DNA from: Candidatus Omnitrophota bacterium
Lineage (GTDB): Bacteria > Omnitrophota > Gorgyraeia > Zapsychrales > JANLHA01
Direction: 5' to 3'
NCBI GenBank assembly: GCA_029560465.1
Contig: JAKQKX010000073.1
Coordinates: forward strand, 15,411 to 79,410
Length of the DNA: 64,000 nucleotides
The notes beneath the pieces were generated by a model. It made no database searches and was not told the DNA's origin. It was given only the letters and a program-made list of their open reading frames with translations. The position numbers and the translations under genes are program-made. This document shows, piece by piece, positions 29,676-39,018 of this stretch; within the stretch, counting starts at the first letter, position 1; each line of letters starts with the position of its first letter.

Positions 29676-30993
29676 GGGGCGACTCCTTTAAAGCCAGCCT
29701 TTCAACAAGGGCTACTGTCATGTTCAGATTGAACAGTGTTATTTCCTTGTTTATTTTCGCGTTCGTCAACTGGAGTTCGGAATCGTTCAAGTCCGTCAAA
29801 GACACTTGCCCGGAGCCAAACAGTTCCTGGCTATACAAAAACGCCTCTTCGGCCAGGCGCACGGCGTCCTCATTCGCTTCCAAAGTTTTTAAATATTCTC
29901 TGTATTCGGAAATAGCCTTGTCTAATAATAACAGGTATTTTTCTCGGCCTTTCGCGTATTGCAGCTCCGCATCCTCTTTATCTAATTTTGCCTGACGCAA
30001 TTTTTCTCGATCCATTCCTCCCACCCAAACAGGAACAGTCACTTTAAGGCCGGCCACCCCGTAATCATCCAAATTATCCTTACCAATATAACAATCATCC
30101 CCGTCCCCTTTATGATTCCAGGTGGCAAAAGCGGATATCTCCGGGAAGAGGGTTGCCTTTTTAGACTTGATCGAAGCTTCTTTTTCTTTGATCATTTCAA
30201 CCAAGGCCTTGATGGCGGGCTGATTCTTGTACAAAGCCAAGGCCAAGTCCTCCCTGTCGAATTCTTGGAACTCCTGAAGAAAGCCATCAACAAGCTCAAC
30301 GTTATCCCCTGCCGCAGCGCCGATCGCCACTTTCAACGTCTCGAGTGTTGAAATAAAATTAGCGCGGGCGTTGTTTACCGTGGGCAGACGCGAGGAAATA
30401 TCCGCTGATATTTTAATATTGTCGTATTTTGAAACCCGCCCTTGCGCGCTGCGGTCTTCTAATATGTTTTTGTTCTGTTTGGCATTCTCATAAGACTCCT
30501 CTGAAATCTCCAAAATCTTCTTCGCAAGCAATGTGTTAAAATAACAAAACTTTGTATTATAAACGATGTCCTGTCTCGTGCTTTCTTTATTAAAACGGCT
30601 GGCGTCAACCGCTTTTTTAGCGGCGGAAACCGCGTTCGAAATCCTGCCAAAGGTAAAAAGCGTCTGCGATAAAGTCAGCCCGGAATCCACATAATATTCC
30701 CTGGTCGCAGCCGTGGTCGCGATATCAGGGTATTCAAAATTGTTAGACCACACCACCTGCCCGATGACTGTCGGCCGGGCATAGGAGCGCTCTTCTTGTT
30801 GTTTGGATATATTTCTTAAAATTTCATTTTCGCTTATCTTGAGGTCTTCACTGGCTTCAAAAGCCATGGAAATCGCGGTCGGGATGGTTAGCTTAATCGT
30901 TTTTCCCGCTGTGGCTGTCGGCACAAAAACAAGGACAAAAACCCATAACAGAAATGCGCTCTTTAAAAAAATTAATCCTTTCATCATTCTCAT
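29668..30993 (-). CDS. TolC-like outer membrane efflux protein
   Basis: The 441-aa ORF has a signal peptide and two OEP repeats with coiled-coil and beta-strand alternation. Confidence 0.8.
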   Translation of the reverse strand: MRMMKGLIFLKSAFLLWVFVLVFVPTATAGKTIKLTIPTAISMAFEASEDLKISENEILRNISKQQEERSYARPTVIGQVVWSNNFEYPDIATTAATREYYVDSGLTLSQTLFTFGRISNAVSAAKKAVDASRFNKESTRQDIVYNTKFCYFNTLLAKKILEISEESYENAKQNKNILEDRSAQGRVSKYDNIKISADISSRLPTVNNARANFISTLETLKVAIGAAAGDNVELVDGFLQEFQEFDREDLALALYKNQPAIKALVEMIKEKEASIKSKKATLFPEISAFATWNHKGDGDDCYIGKDNLDDYGVAGLKVTVPVWVGGMDREKLRQAKLDKEDAELQYAKGREKYLLLLDKAISEYREYLKTLEANEDAVRLAEEAFLYSQELFGSGQVSLTDLNDSELQLTNAKINKEITLFNLNMTVALVERLALKESPHE

Positions 30994-30994
30994 T

Positions 30995-31699
30995 TTAAGG
31001 GGCTCCTACGGCCTTCCATAATAAGGAAAGCTGGGATCGATAAAATTGTTTAATCCTGCCAAAATTTTCAATATCAATGGCTAACGGAATGCCTACCAAA
31101 ATCGCCAAGAGCGTCAACGCGACATCTTCTGCCTTTATATCATTTTTGATTTCCTTTTTTTTCTTCGCTTCCTTAACCAAGGACAAAAACAGGTCTTCCA
31201 AAGATTGAACAGGAACGCCCTCGATCCCCTCACATGCAGGGTGGGCATAAAACTTCTCCGCGGGGGTAATCATTATTTCTTTCGGCTTTTTTCTCTCGGC
31301 AGTAAAAAGGGATATGATTTCAAAAAACAAATAAGGCTGTTCTATTTCTTTCGCGATGCTATCAAAAGTGAATTCTATGAGCTTTTGCGGACTCATGCCT
31401 GCGGAATTCTCCCGGATTTCATAGGATATTTTAAGGCTGACGATTTGCTGATAATAAGAAACGACATCCGCTTTTTGCGGGAAATAATTAAAGAAGGTCG
31501 CTTCTGAAACCTCAACGCTTTCGCAAACCTCTTTAATAGATATCTCGTTGAAACGCACTTTCTTAAGCCGCTCAATAAAGGCGTTGGTTAAAGCGATCTT
31601 GGTTTTCGCGTATTTTTTTTCCCGAAGAGAGTACTTTTTATTAAAAGCGTCCATGGCCCGGTCCTTTGTCCTATAAAATATAGCACTCTTTATTTCCAT
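30995..31699 (-). CDS. TetR/AcrR family transcriptional regulator
   Basis: The N-terminal HTH reads KTKIALTNAFIERLKKVRFNEISIKEVCESVEVSEATFFNYFPQKADVV. Confidence 0.85.
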   Translation of the reverse strand: MEIKSAIFYRTKDRAMDAFNKKYSLREKKYAKTKIALTNAFIERLKKVRFNEISIKEVCESVEVSEATFFNYFPQKADVVSYYQQIVSLKISYEIRENSAGMSPQKLIEFTFDSIAKEIEQPYLFFEIISLFTAERKKPKEIMITPAEKFYAHPACEGIEGVPVQSLEDLFLSLVKEAKKKKEIKNDIKAEDVALTLLAILVGIPLAIDIENFGRIKQFYRSQLSLLWKAVGAP

Positions 31700-31827
31700 G
31701 TCAAGCTATATTTTTTTAGTACACTATAAAAATATTTCAAGAGGGGCTGGCTGGCCGTACCAGGAACGTCGCCAACTATATGTGCGGGAATGGAGAAAAA
31801 ACTTTTGGTCAAATAAGAAAAGGTCTC

Positions 31828-33210
31828 TCAATCATTTTTGATAAAGGTGCGCCTCAAGGAATCTTTTAACCGGCCTCTGCGGTGTTCCCGGACAAGAACG
31901 CTGGCGATCAAACGCGGCCCGGCCAAGAGGAGCGAAAGCCCCTCTTTCAAGGTAAAAAACTTGACGATAAAAAGATTCTTCCAGAGAATCCTCGCATATC
32001 GGCCTGGGGTATAAAAAGCATACTTGATCTTTTTGCCGATCTTTTTCAATGCCGCCGAACTATACTTATCAGAATAAAGTTCCCCCCGCTCCGTCACATG
32101 ATAACCCGGCGTTTTTTCAGCAAGTGTTCTTAGTGAAGAAAATTTCTCGATCCGCAGTTTATTGCAGGAAATCGCATCCACCCCGATTTCCCTGGCGAAC
32201 GGAGCGATGAACAACATTTCTTCTTCTGTTTCTCCGATATTTCCATAAATAAAATAGCCGTTGGAAAGGATCGGATATGTCCTAAGGACGGAAAAAGCCT
32301 TTCTGATCGTGGCCTGATCAAACCCTTTGTCCAATTGCTTAAGAATCCTGTCGTGCGGAGATTCGATCCCGATGAGAAGCGCTTTAAATCCCGCGTTAAC
32401 CATTTTCTCCAATAACTGCGGGTGTTTCGCGATATCGAGTCTGGACTGGGCAATAAAACGCTTCTTGATTTTCCGTTTGATAAGCAAATCACAAATCTCC
32501 TCCGTCCGCTTTGGATTGGTAAAAAGATTGTCGTCACTCAACATAATCACCTTGGCGGTTAATCCCGCGATCTCATCAACGACCGAGGCGACGTCGCGCT
32601 CAGCATAAGTTCTTTTTTGTCCCAAAGGGTTCAAACTGAACGTGCAAAATTTGCAATTAAAGGGGCACCCTCGGGCGCTTAAAACAGTATCAAAGGAGAG
32701 CCCCGCAATTGGGATGCCGTTAACCAGAAGGCGATAATCATTGCGCCTGAGCGCGCGGTCCGGGGGAACCAACTCATTGACATCCGCAAGGGGCCGGATG
32801 GAATTATGCCTGATCCGATCATCTTCCCGGTAAGATATTCCAAGAACATCCTTTAAGGCGGTCCCTTTTAAAATTTCCTGGGTAGTTCTTTCGCCCTCGC
32901 CCCGGACGATGATATCGATGCGCGGGCAAGCCGTGAAGAACTCTTCGACTTTCTCGGTGGCGGTATACCCTCCAACAATCAGGGGGATATTCTCCGGCAG
33001 ATGGTTCAGCAATTGAAAAATTTCATCGAGTTGGCGGTCCCAGCCAACGGTCACGAAAACGATATCAACCTGGTTTTCAATAAAACGCATCAAGGGCCCA
33101 GGCTCGGACAACTCTTTTTCATACCTCAAGTCAAGAAGCGTAATCTTTTCAACAAGTCCTTTAGCGCTGGTGGCGACATATTCGAGACCCGTCGGCGGGA
33201 AGAGCATCAT
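31828..33210 (-). CDS. B12-binding-domain radical SAM protein (class B rSAM)
   Basis: It has an N-terminal cobalamin-binding Rossmann-like region and a radical SAM CxxxCxxC motif (ARGCPFNCKFC). The ORF is 460 aa. Confidence 0.8.
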   Translation of the reverse strand: MMLFPPTGLEYVATSAKGLVEKITLLDLRYEKELSEPGPLMRFIENQVDIVFVTVGWDRQLDEIFQLLNHLPENIPLIVGGYTATEKVEEFFTACPRIDIIVRGEGERTTQEILKGTALKDVLGISYREDDRIRHNSIRPLADVNELVPPDRALRRNDYRLLVNGIPIAGLSFDTVLSARGCPFNCKFCTFSLNPLGQKRTYAERDVASVVDEIAGLTAKVIMLSDDNLFTNPKRTEEICDLLIKRKIKKRFIAQSRLDIAKHPQLLEKMVNAGFKALLIGIESPHDRILKQLDKGFDQATIRKAFSVLRTYPILSNGYFIYGNIGETEEEMLFIAPFAREIGVDAISCNKLRIEKFSSLRTLAEKTPGYHVTERGELYSDKYSSAALKKIGKKIKYAFYTPGRYARILWKNLFIVKFFTLKEGLSLLLAGPRLIASVLVREHRRGRLKDSLRRTFIKND

Positions 33211-33735
33211 TGTGCTGGTGGCACTGCTCTCGACATAAGGATTTAGGAATAAGGCGTGCTGATATTTAATAATTGGCTCTCTTTTTGTTACGGAAAAAAT
33301 CTCTTTCGTTTCCCCGTTTTACGGCTCTATGTCTGTGTGGACATTTTATCATCAATAATAAATATATCCAATAAAAATGCTTCGATCTGTCGGGAGATTT
33401 TTGAAAATATTCATCCCTCCTTTGACGCGCCAAACAATAAAAACGCCTAAGGGGGCACCCTCTCCAAGGTTTTTCATGTCCGGACAAGACAAACACTTGC
33501 GTGATGATAAATTAAAAATCAACTTCTTTATAATCAACCTAGCAGCATGAAAGGGAAGGAGGCTATCTCTTCCCCCTCCGTATACGCAAAGACCGATTTT
33601 ATAGCTCGCGCTTTTAAAATTAGGCCTACCAATTCTTCGATCCCGGCAATACGCTACCCGCCGCCTTCATACGGACCAGCTTGAAATCAAAATGTTTATA
33701 GCTAAGGATTCTACTTCGCCGCTATCAGGTAAAAA

Positions 33736-33763
33736 AAAGCCCTTCTGATTAAGAAGGGCTCTG
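33736..33763 (-). terminator. Rho-independent terminator after tRNA-Gln
   Basis: The minus strand reads AGCCCTTCTTAATCAGAAGGGCTTTTTTTT. Confidence 0.7.
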
Positions 33764-33804
33764 CCTTGCCGGTCGCGGGCGATGGTTCGCCTTACCGTCA
33801 ACTA

Positions 33805-33879
33805 TGGCTGCCCCGTCTGGACTCGAACCAGAAATGCTTGATCCAGAGTCAAGTGTGTTACCAATTACACCACAGGGCA
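33805..33879 (-). tRNA. tRNA-Gln (anticodon CUG), with the CCA end encoded
   Basis: My manual fold gives a 7-bp acceptor stem (TGCCCTG/CGGGGCA), a D-arm, an anticodon stem CTTGA/TCAAG with loop CTCTGGA, a T-arm GGTTCGAGTCC and a terminal GCCA. Confidence 0.85.
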
Positions 33880-34066
33880 AAAGCGCGTTTTCGCTGCCAT
33901 GTTCAAAAACGCTCACTACATATGTTTGTGAAGCTCTTCATCCATCCATTTATCCGTCTTGTCGACTGAATCGCTCGCCGTCTGGCATCCGCTCAACGCC
34001 ATGCCTAGACAGGCGATAAAAACGAAAAAGACAATCGTTTTCTTTCCGGACATACTCACCTCTTTG

Positions 34067-35344
34067 TCAAATGTGAACCTTTTGTGTCAACCGCTGCACG
34101 GTCTTTTCTCGGCCGATCAGGGCCATTGTCTCGAAAAGACCTGGGCCGACCGTTTTGCCCGTGAGAAGAATCCTCACCGGATGAACAAGGTCAGATGCGG
34201 GAATCCCAATATCCGCTACCACTTCGCGAAAGGCGCGCTCCACCGTTTCCACCGAAAACTCAGAAAGAGCCGCTAATCTCCCCGCCAAAGCGGCAATATT
34301 GCCGTCCTGCCTGCTCTCCTTCAAGCGGCTCAACGCTTCCTCTTCAAAAGAAACAGGGTCTTTAAACAAAAAGTCCGCACGGGCTAAAAAATCACACAAA
34401 GTCGGCATGCGGCTTTGATACAATTCTACACTAGTTTCTAATTTTTTCCTATCATATTTCTCGCCTAAATAACCCTTCTCCTCAAGAAAAGGGATTAACA
34501 GGTCTGTTATCTTTTCGGGGGCGGACTGCTTGATATATTGCGCATTAAGCCACGTCAGCTTTTCCAAAGAAAATATCGCCGGGGATTTCTGAACCTGCTT
34601 GATGGAAAATTTCTTTACCGCCGCGTCCAGGCCGATCTTTTCCTGGTTATTGCCCGGCGACCAGCCTAGCAGCAGCAAATAATTCACCAACGCTTCCGGA
34701 AGGAAGCCCTGCCTTTTATAATCCGTGACCGCGACCGCCCCGGTCCGTTTAGACAAACGGCCGCCGTCTTCTCCCATGATCAGCGGCAGGTGCGCAAACT
34801 TTGGCGGCTTCAAGCCCAAGGCCTGATACATGACCAGCTGCTTGGGAGTGTTGGAAATATGGTCGTCCCCCCGGATAACATGGGTAATGCCCATGAGGGC
34901 GTCATCAACAACACAGGCAAAGCTGTATGTCGGGGACCCGTCGGATTTCAGGAGGACTTCGTCCTTCATCAGCGCGGCGTCAAAAACAATCTCCCCCCGG
35001 ATGAGGTCAAACAATTTAATTTCCTGCTGCGGCATGGTTAAAATAACCGCTGGCCCCTCTTCATAAGCCTTGCCCTCTTGTACAAGTTTGCGGGCCTGTT
35101 CCCGGTAAATATCGAACCGGTCCGACTGCTTGTACAGCTCATCCCATTGAAGCCCCAGCCATGTCATGCTTTGAAGAATTTCTTCTAAATAAATATCCCG
35201 CGACCGCTCCCGGTCCGTGTCTTCGATGCGCAAGACAAAAATCCCGCCCTGGGCTTTGGCATAAAGCCAGTTAAAAAGCGCCGTGCGGGCGCCTCCGATA
35301 TGAAGGTATCCCGTGGGGCTGGGGGCAAACCGAACTTTCACCAT
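34067..35344 (-). CDS. gltX: Glutamyl-tRNA synthetase (short form, 425 aa)
   Basis: The N-terminus MVKVRFAPSPTGYLHIGGARTALFNWLYA carries the HIGH motif. The KMSKS-like motif is RLSKRTG. Confidence 0.9.
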   Translation of the reverse strand: MVKVRFAPSPTGYLHIGGARTALFNWLYAKAQGGIFVLRIEDTDRERSRDIYLEEILQSMTWLGLQWDELYKQSDRFDIYREQARKLVQEGKAYEEGPAVILTMPQQEIKLFDLIRGEIVFDAALMKDEVLLKSDGSPTYSFACVVDDALMGITHVIRGDDHISNTPKQLVMYQALGLKPPKFAHLPLIMGEDGGRLSKRTGAVAVTDYKRQGFLPEALVNYLLLLGWSPGNNQEKIGLDAAVKKFSIKQVQKSPAIFSLEKLTWLNAQYIKQSAPEKITDLLIPFLEEKGYLGEKYDRKKLETSVELYQSRMPTLCDFLARADFLFKDPVSFEEEALSRLKESRQDGNIAALAGRLAALSEFSVETVERAFREVVADIGIPASDLVHPVRILLTGKTVGPGLFETMALIGREKTVQRLTQKVHI

Positions 35345-35415
35345 AATAATTCCTTAATAAAAAATTTTCTCCCCGAAGGGAGAAAAAGCTTTAAAAAGAC
35401 AGCAAGCCGCAAACC

Positions 35416-35796
35416 CTATACGGTCATCTTTTGCGCAACTAATCTTTTCACAATAGCGTTTATACGCTCATACTGATCCGTGGGCAAATCGACAAACTCG
35501 ATGCCAAGGTCATAAAAAGAAGGCTTCTCCTGTTCAAAGTCTTTCCTTCGGACCGACCACACAACCTTCCCTTTACACACAAGATGTTCATTCAAATCCA
35601 GCATGTCCAGCTCTACCTCAACCGGCGCAAACATCTTGATATTATTTTTTAAAATAACACAAATCCCCCCAATTCCGATGTTTTCCGTGTGCGTTAAAAA
35701 GACTTCCCTTTCTCCTTTATCATGACGGATCGTCACCAAACAAGGATACATAACCCGGGGGAATTTTCGCCGATTAATTCCATCCCAAGCGCTCAT
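35416..35796 (-). CDS. Stand-alone PilZ-domain (c-di-GMP-binding) protein
   Basis: It has an RxxxR motif (RRKFPR) and a (D/N)xSxxG-like motif (ENIGIGG). The ORF is 126 aa. Confidence 0.55.
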   Translation of the reverse strand: MSAWDGINRRKFPRVMYPCLVTIRHDKGEREVFLTHTENIGIGGICVILKNNIKMFAPVEVELDMLDLNEHLVCKGKVVWSVRRKDFEQEKPSFYDLGIEFVDLPTDQYERINAIVKRLVAQKMTV

Positions 35797-36587
35797 GGAA
35801 GGCTCCTTTGTAAACGTGTAATGTCTGTGGCTTTACCGCTTTGGACATCTATTTCGACCAAAACACCGGACAACCACGGGTTGCCCTTGGCAACTTCAAA
35901 CCGCTCCGGGATTCCTGTTAAAAACCTTCGAATAATTTTCTGCGTATCCTGCCCAATCACCGAATCATACGGCCCGGTCATGCCCAGATCCGTAATATAC
36001 GCGGTGCCTTGAGGAAGAATCGTGTCGTCCGCAGTTTGAATGTGCGTGTGCGTCCCAAAAACCAGGGAAGCTTTCCCTTCCGCAAACTTTCCAAAAGCAA
36101 CTTTCTCGCTGGTCGCTTCCGCATGAAAATCAACGATCACAACCGAAGTCTCTTCCTGAATCGAACCCAGCAGACGTTCAAAAGCGCGAAACGGGCAGTC
36201 CACATTATAACGCATAAAAACCCGCCCTAAAAGATTTATTATAGCCGCCTTTTCTCCCGAGGTGGTCTGAACAACACACCAACCTTTTCCCGGAACGCCT
36301 TCCGGAAGATTGGCCGGACGGAGAATTTTGGGGTTCTCCTTCAGGTATTCCATGAGTTCAACCCGGTCCCAGACATGGTCGCCGAGGGTCAGAACGTCAC
36401 ACCCGTAAGAAAACAGCTGCGACGCAATTTTAGGTGTCAGGCCCGAGCCTCCCGCCGCATTTTCCGCGTTCACGACCACCAAATCGAGAGCGAACTCTTC
36501 TTTCAATTTCGGAAGCAATTCATGCAGCAGGGTTCGGCCGGCTTTCCCAACGACATCTCCCACACATAGAATTTTCATAATCCCCAC
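35793..36587 (-). CDS. ymdB: YmdB-like (TIGR00282) metallophosphoesterase, a 2',3'-cyclic-nucleotide phosphodiesterase
   Basis: It starts MKILCVGDVVGKAGR...VVVNAENAAGGSG. It sits downstream of rny, as in Bacillus. Confidence 0.85.
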   Translation of the reverse strand: MGIMKILCVGDVVGKAGRTLLHELLPKLKEEFALDLVVVNAENAAGGSGLTPKIASQLFSYGCDVLTLGDHVWDRVELMEYLKENPKILRPANLPEGVPGKGWCVVQTTSGEKAAIINLLGRVFMRYNVDCPFRAFERLLGSIQEETSVVIVDFHAEATSEKVAFGKFAEGKASLVFGTHTHIQTADDTILPQGTAYITDLGMTGPYDSVIGQDTQKIIRRFLTGIPERFEVAKGNPWLSGVLVEIDVQSGKATDITRLQRSLP

Positions 36588-36637
36588 ACCGATTCCGCCC
36601 GGTCGTGACGACCGTTCTTTCCTTGCCGGCCGTTATT

Positions 36638-38209
36638 TTATTTGGCGTACTCAACCGCCCGGGTTTCCCGGACAACGATCACTTTAATTTGCCCCGGATA
36701 CTCCAGCTCCTGTTCAATGCGCTTACGGATATCCCGTGCAAGGACAATGGCTTCGTCATCGTTGATCTTCTCCGGGCTGACCATAATACGGATCTCGCGT
36801 CCCGCCTGCAAGGCGTACGCCTTATCAACGCCTTTAAATATATTCGCGATCTTTTCCAGGCTTTCCAGCCGTTTGACGTACGTTTCCAGCGTTTCCGCCC
36901 TGGCTCCCGGACGCGCTGCGCTAATGGCGTCGGCCGCGCAGAGAAGAACGCCGAAAAGGCTTTCGCTTTCGACCTCATCATGATGAGAGGCGATGGCGTT
37001 AACAATAATCTCGTTTTCACCGTATTTCCGGGCTAAATTCGCGCCAACAGTCGCGTGCGTCCCTTCTTCCACTTCCTGGGAAACAACTTTCCCGATATCA
37101 TGCAAAAGCCCAACCCGCACGGCAATCTTGACATCAATGTTCAGTTGCACCGCGATCAACCCCATCAGCCGGGCAACTTCCTTGGTATGAACAAGAGCGT
37201 TTTGGCCAAAACTGGTCCGGTATTTCAGCCGACCGACGAGCTTTAGCAGTTCCGGGTGCATTTCGTGAATCCCCAAATCAAAGGCAGCCTTGTCCCCCTC
37301 CTCTTTAATATGCTCTTCAATTTCCTTCTTGGCCTTTTCTACAACCTCCTCAATGCGTCCCGGATGAATGCGTCCGTCTGCGATTAATTTTTCCAACGCG
37401 ATACGGGCGATTTCCCGCCGCACCATATCAAATCCGGAAATCGTCACCGCCTCCGGAGTGTCATCAATAATAATATCCACCCCGGTCGCCATTTCTAACG
37501 TCCGGATATTGCGGCCTTCCCGCCCTATAATACGGCCTTTCATTTCATCGCTGGGCAGGGGGACAACACTGATCGTCGTTTCTGCCGTGTGATCCGAAGC
37601 GCACCGTTGGATCGCGGTGCCCACAATCTGCCGGGCTGTTTTTTCACAGGTGCTTTTTACCTCTTCTTCGGCCCTTCGGATCCTCGTCGCCTTTTCTTGG
37701 ACCAGCTCCTCATCCAACCGCGCTAACAATATTTGTTTGGCGTCCTCTTCGGTTAACGAAGAAATCTCCTGCAGCCGTTTCTTTTCCTCTTCAATAAGTT
37801 TAGCCAATTCTTCTCTTTTGTTCTTAATCGCGTCTTCTTCCTGCCTTAATGCGGCCACGCGGTTATTAATGTCCTTTTCTTTCTTTTCCAAAAGATCGAC
37901 CCGTTTATCTAAATTCTCTTCTTTCTGCAAAATCCTCTTTTCCGCCGAGGAAATTTCTTCCCGCCTTTCCTTGGTTTCCTTCTCAAAATCCTGCCTCAAC
38001 TTTAACATGAGGTCTTTACCCGCAAGTTCCGCCTCTTTTTTCCGGCTCTCGGCCTCCCTCTCCGCAAAAACAGTCAAATCCTTGGCCCGTTGTTCCGCTT
38101 GTTTTAACGTCTTGCTGGCAAAAAACGCTCTTAACAAATAACCGATAGCCAGCCCTACCAGAAAAAGCGTGGATAAAACCAAACTCTGCATTGTGACACT
38201 GTCAAACAT
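36638..38209 (-). CDS. rny: Ribonuclease Y
   Basis: It has an N-terminal transmembrane helix and a long coiled coil. The KH domain reads [15 protein letters not shown] and the HD domain reads [10 protein letters not shown]...LLHDIGK. Confidence 0.9.
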   Translation of the reverse strand: MFDSVTMQSLVLSTLFLVGLAIGYLLRAFFASKTLKQAEQRAKDLTVFAEREAESRKKEAELAGKDLMLKLRQDFEKETKERREEISSAEKRILQKEENLDKRVDLLEKKEKDINNRVAALRQEEDAIKNKREELAKLIEEEKKRLQEISSLTEEDAKQILLARLDEELVQEKATRIRRAEEEVKSTCEKTARQIVGTAIQRCASDHTAETTISVVPLPSDEMKGRIIGREGRNIRTLEMATGVDIIIDDTPEAVTISGFDMVRREIARIALEKLIADGRIHPGRIEEVVEKAKKEIEEHIKEEGDKAAFDLGIHEMHPELLKLVGRLKYRTSFGQNALVHTKEVARLMGLIAVQLNIDVKIAVRVGLLHDIGKVVSQEVEEGTHATVGANLARKYGENEIIVNAIASHHDEVESESLFGVLLCAADAISAARPGARAETLETYVKRLESLEKIANIFKGVDKAYALQAGREIRIMVSPEKINDDEAIVLARDIRKRIEQELEYPGQIKVIVVRETRAVEYAK

Positions 38210-38292
38210 AGCACGTCTCCTTCTATTCCAGAGACAAGAAAAATCACTTGTCTCGCTAATTAGATACTGGGATTATTAGGCACAGCTTGGAT

Positions 38293-38865
38293 TCAATCGT
38301 AAATAAGATGAGAAACGGGAACATCATGGTCTTGAGTCGGCAGGCAATCAAAGACTTGAAATTGAAAAGCAAGGCCTATCGTATGCGTTCGCGGAGGTAA
38401 AGTCGGCAAAAACCGGTCATAATACCCGGCTCCCCGGCCCAAACGATGCCGGGCGCGATCAAAAGCCACTCCTGGAACCACGCAGAGATCAATCTCCTCC
38501 GGAACTAAACACAACTCCGGATCATAAGAAGGCTGTTTAATACCGTAAAGGCCCACTTCCAGATTTTCTAAATTTCCGATAAGCACGGGAATGAGCTGTT
38601 TTGTTTTTTTAAAAATATACGGCAGCCCTATCGTCTTTCCAATATTCTTAGCCTGCTTCATCATGTCTGACGTTTCCACTTCTCCATCAAAGGATACATA
38701 AAAAAGTATTGTCTTAGAATTAAAAAACTCAGGAAGAGCAAAAAGCCTCTCCTGAATCACCAAGCTTTTTCTAAGCCTTTCTTCCTCCTTTTGGTTTCTT
38801 AAATCGTTCAGGACCTGCTTGCGAATCTCCTTTTTTAAACGCTCTGTCACTTCAATAATACCCAC
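38293..38865 (-). CDS. 5-formyltetrahydrofolate cyclo-ligase family protein
   Basis: The 190-aa ORF reads ERLFALPEFFNSKTILFYVSFDGEVETSDMM...GVAFDRARHRLGRGAGYYDRFL. Confidence 0.8.
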   Translation of the reverse strand: MGIIEVTERLKKEIRKQVLNDLRNQKEEERLRKSLVIQERLFALPEFFNSKTILFYVSFDGEVETSDMMKQAKNIGKTIGLPYIFKKTKQLIPVLIGNLENLEVGLYGIKQPSYDPELCLVPEEIDLCVVPGVAFDRARHRLGRGAGYYDRFLPTLPPRTHTIGLAFQFQVFDCLPTQDHDVPVSHLIYD

Positions 38866-39018
38866 ATGGCAGGTTGTTTGTTTTCCTAATGTCTTCTCTT
38901 ACACACACATACAATCCATATCTTGTGGACTTTTCATAGTATCACTTTTTACTTAAATATACAACTTTAATTTCCCCCAGGCAAGTCAAAATTGCCCCAA
39001 AAGCCTTCGCCACGGAGA

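Noticed and set aside
33540-33720. Possible structured ncRNA (SRP RNA, 6S RNA or riboswitch) in the ORF-free region upstream of tRNA-Gln
   Set aside because: I could not match the SRP domain IV, RNase P P4 or tmRNA signature sequences by eye. It stays unassigned and is covered under the B12-rSAM leader finding.
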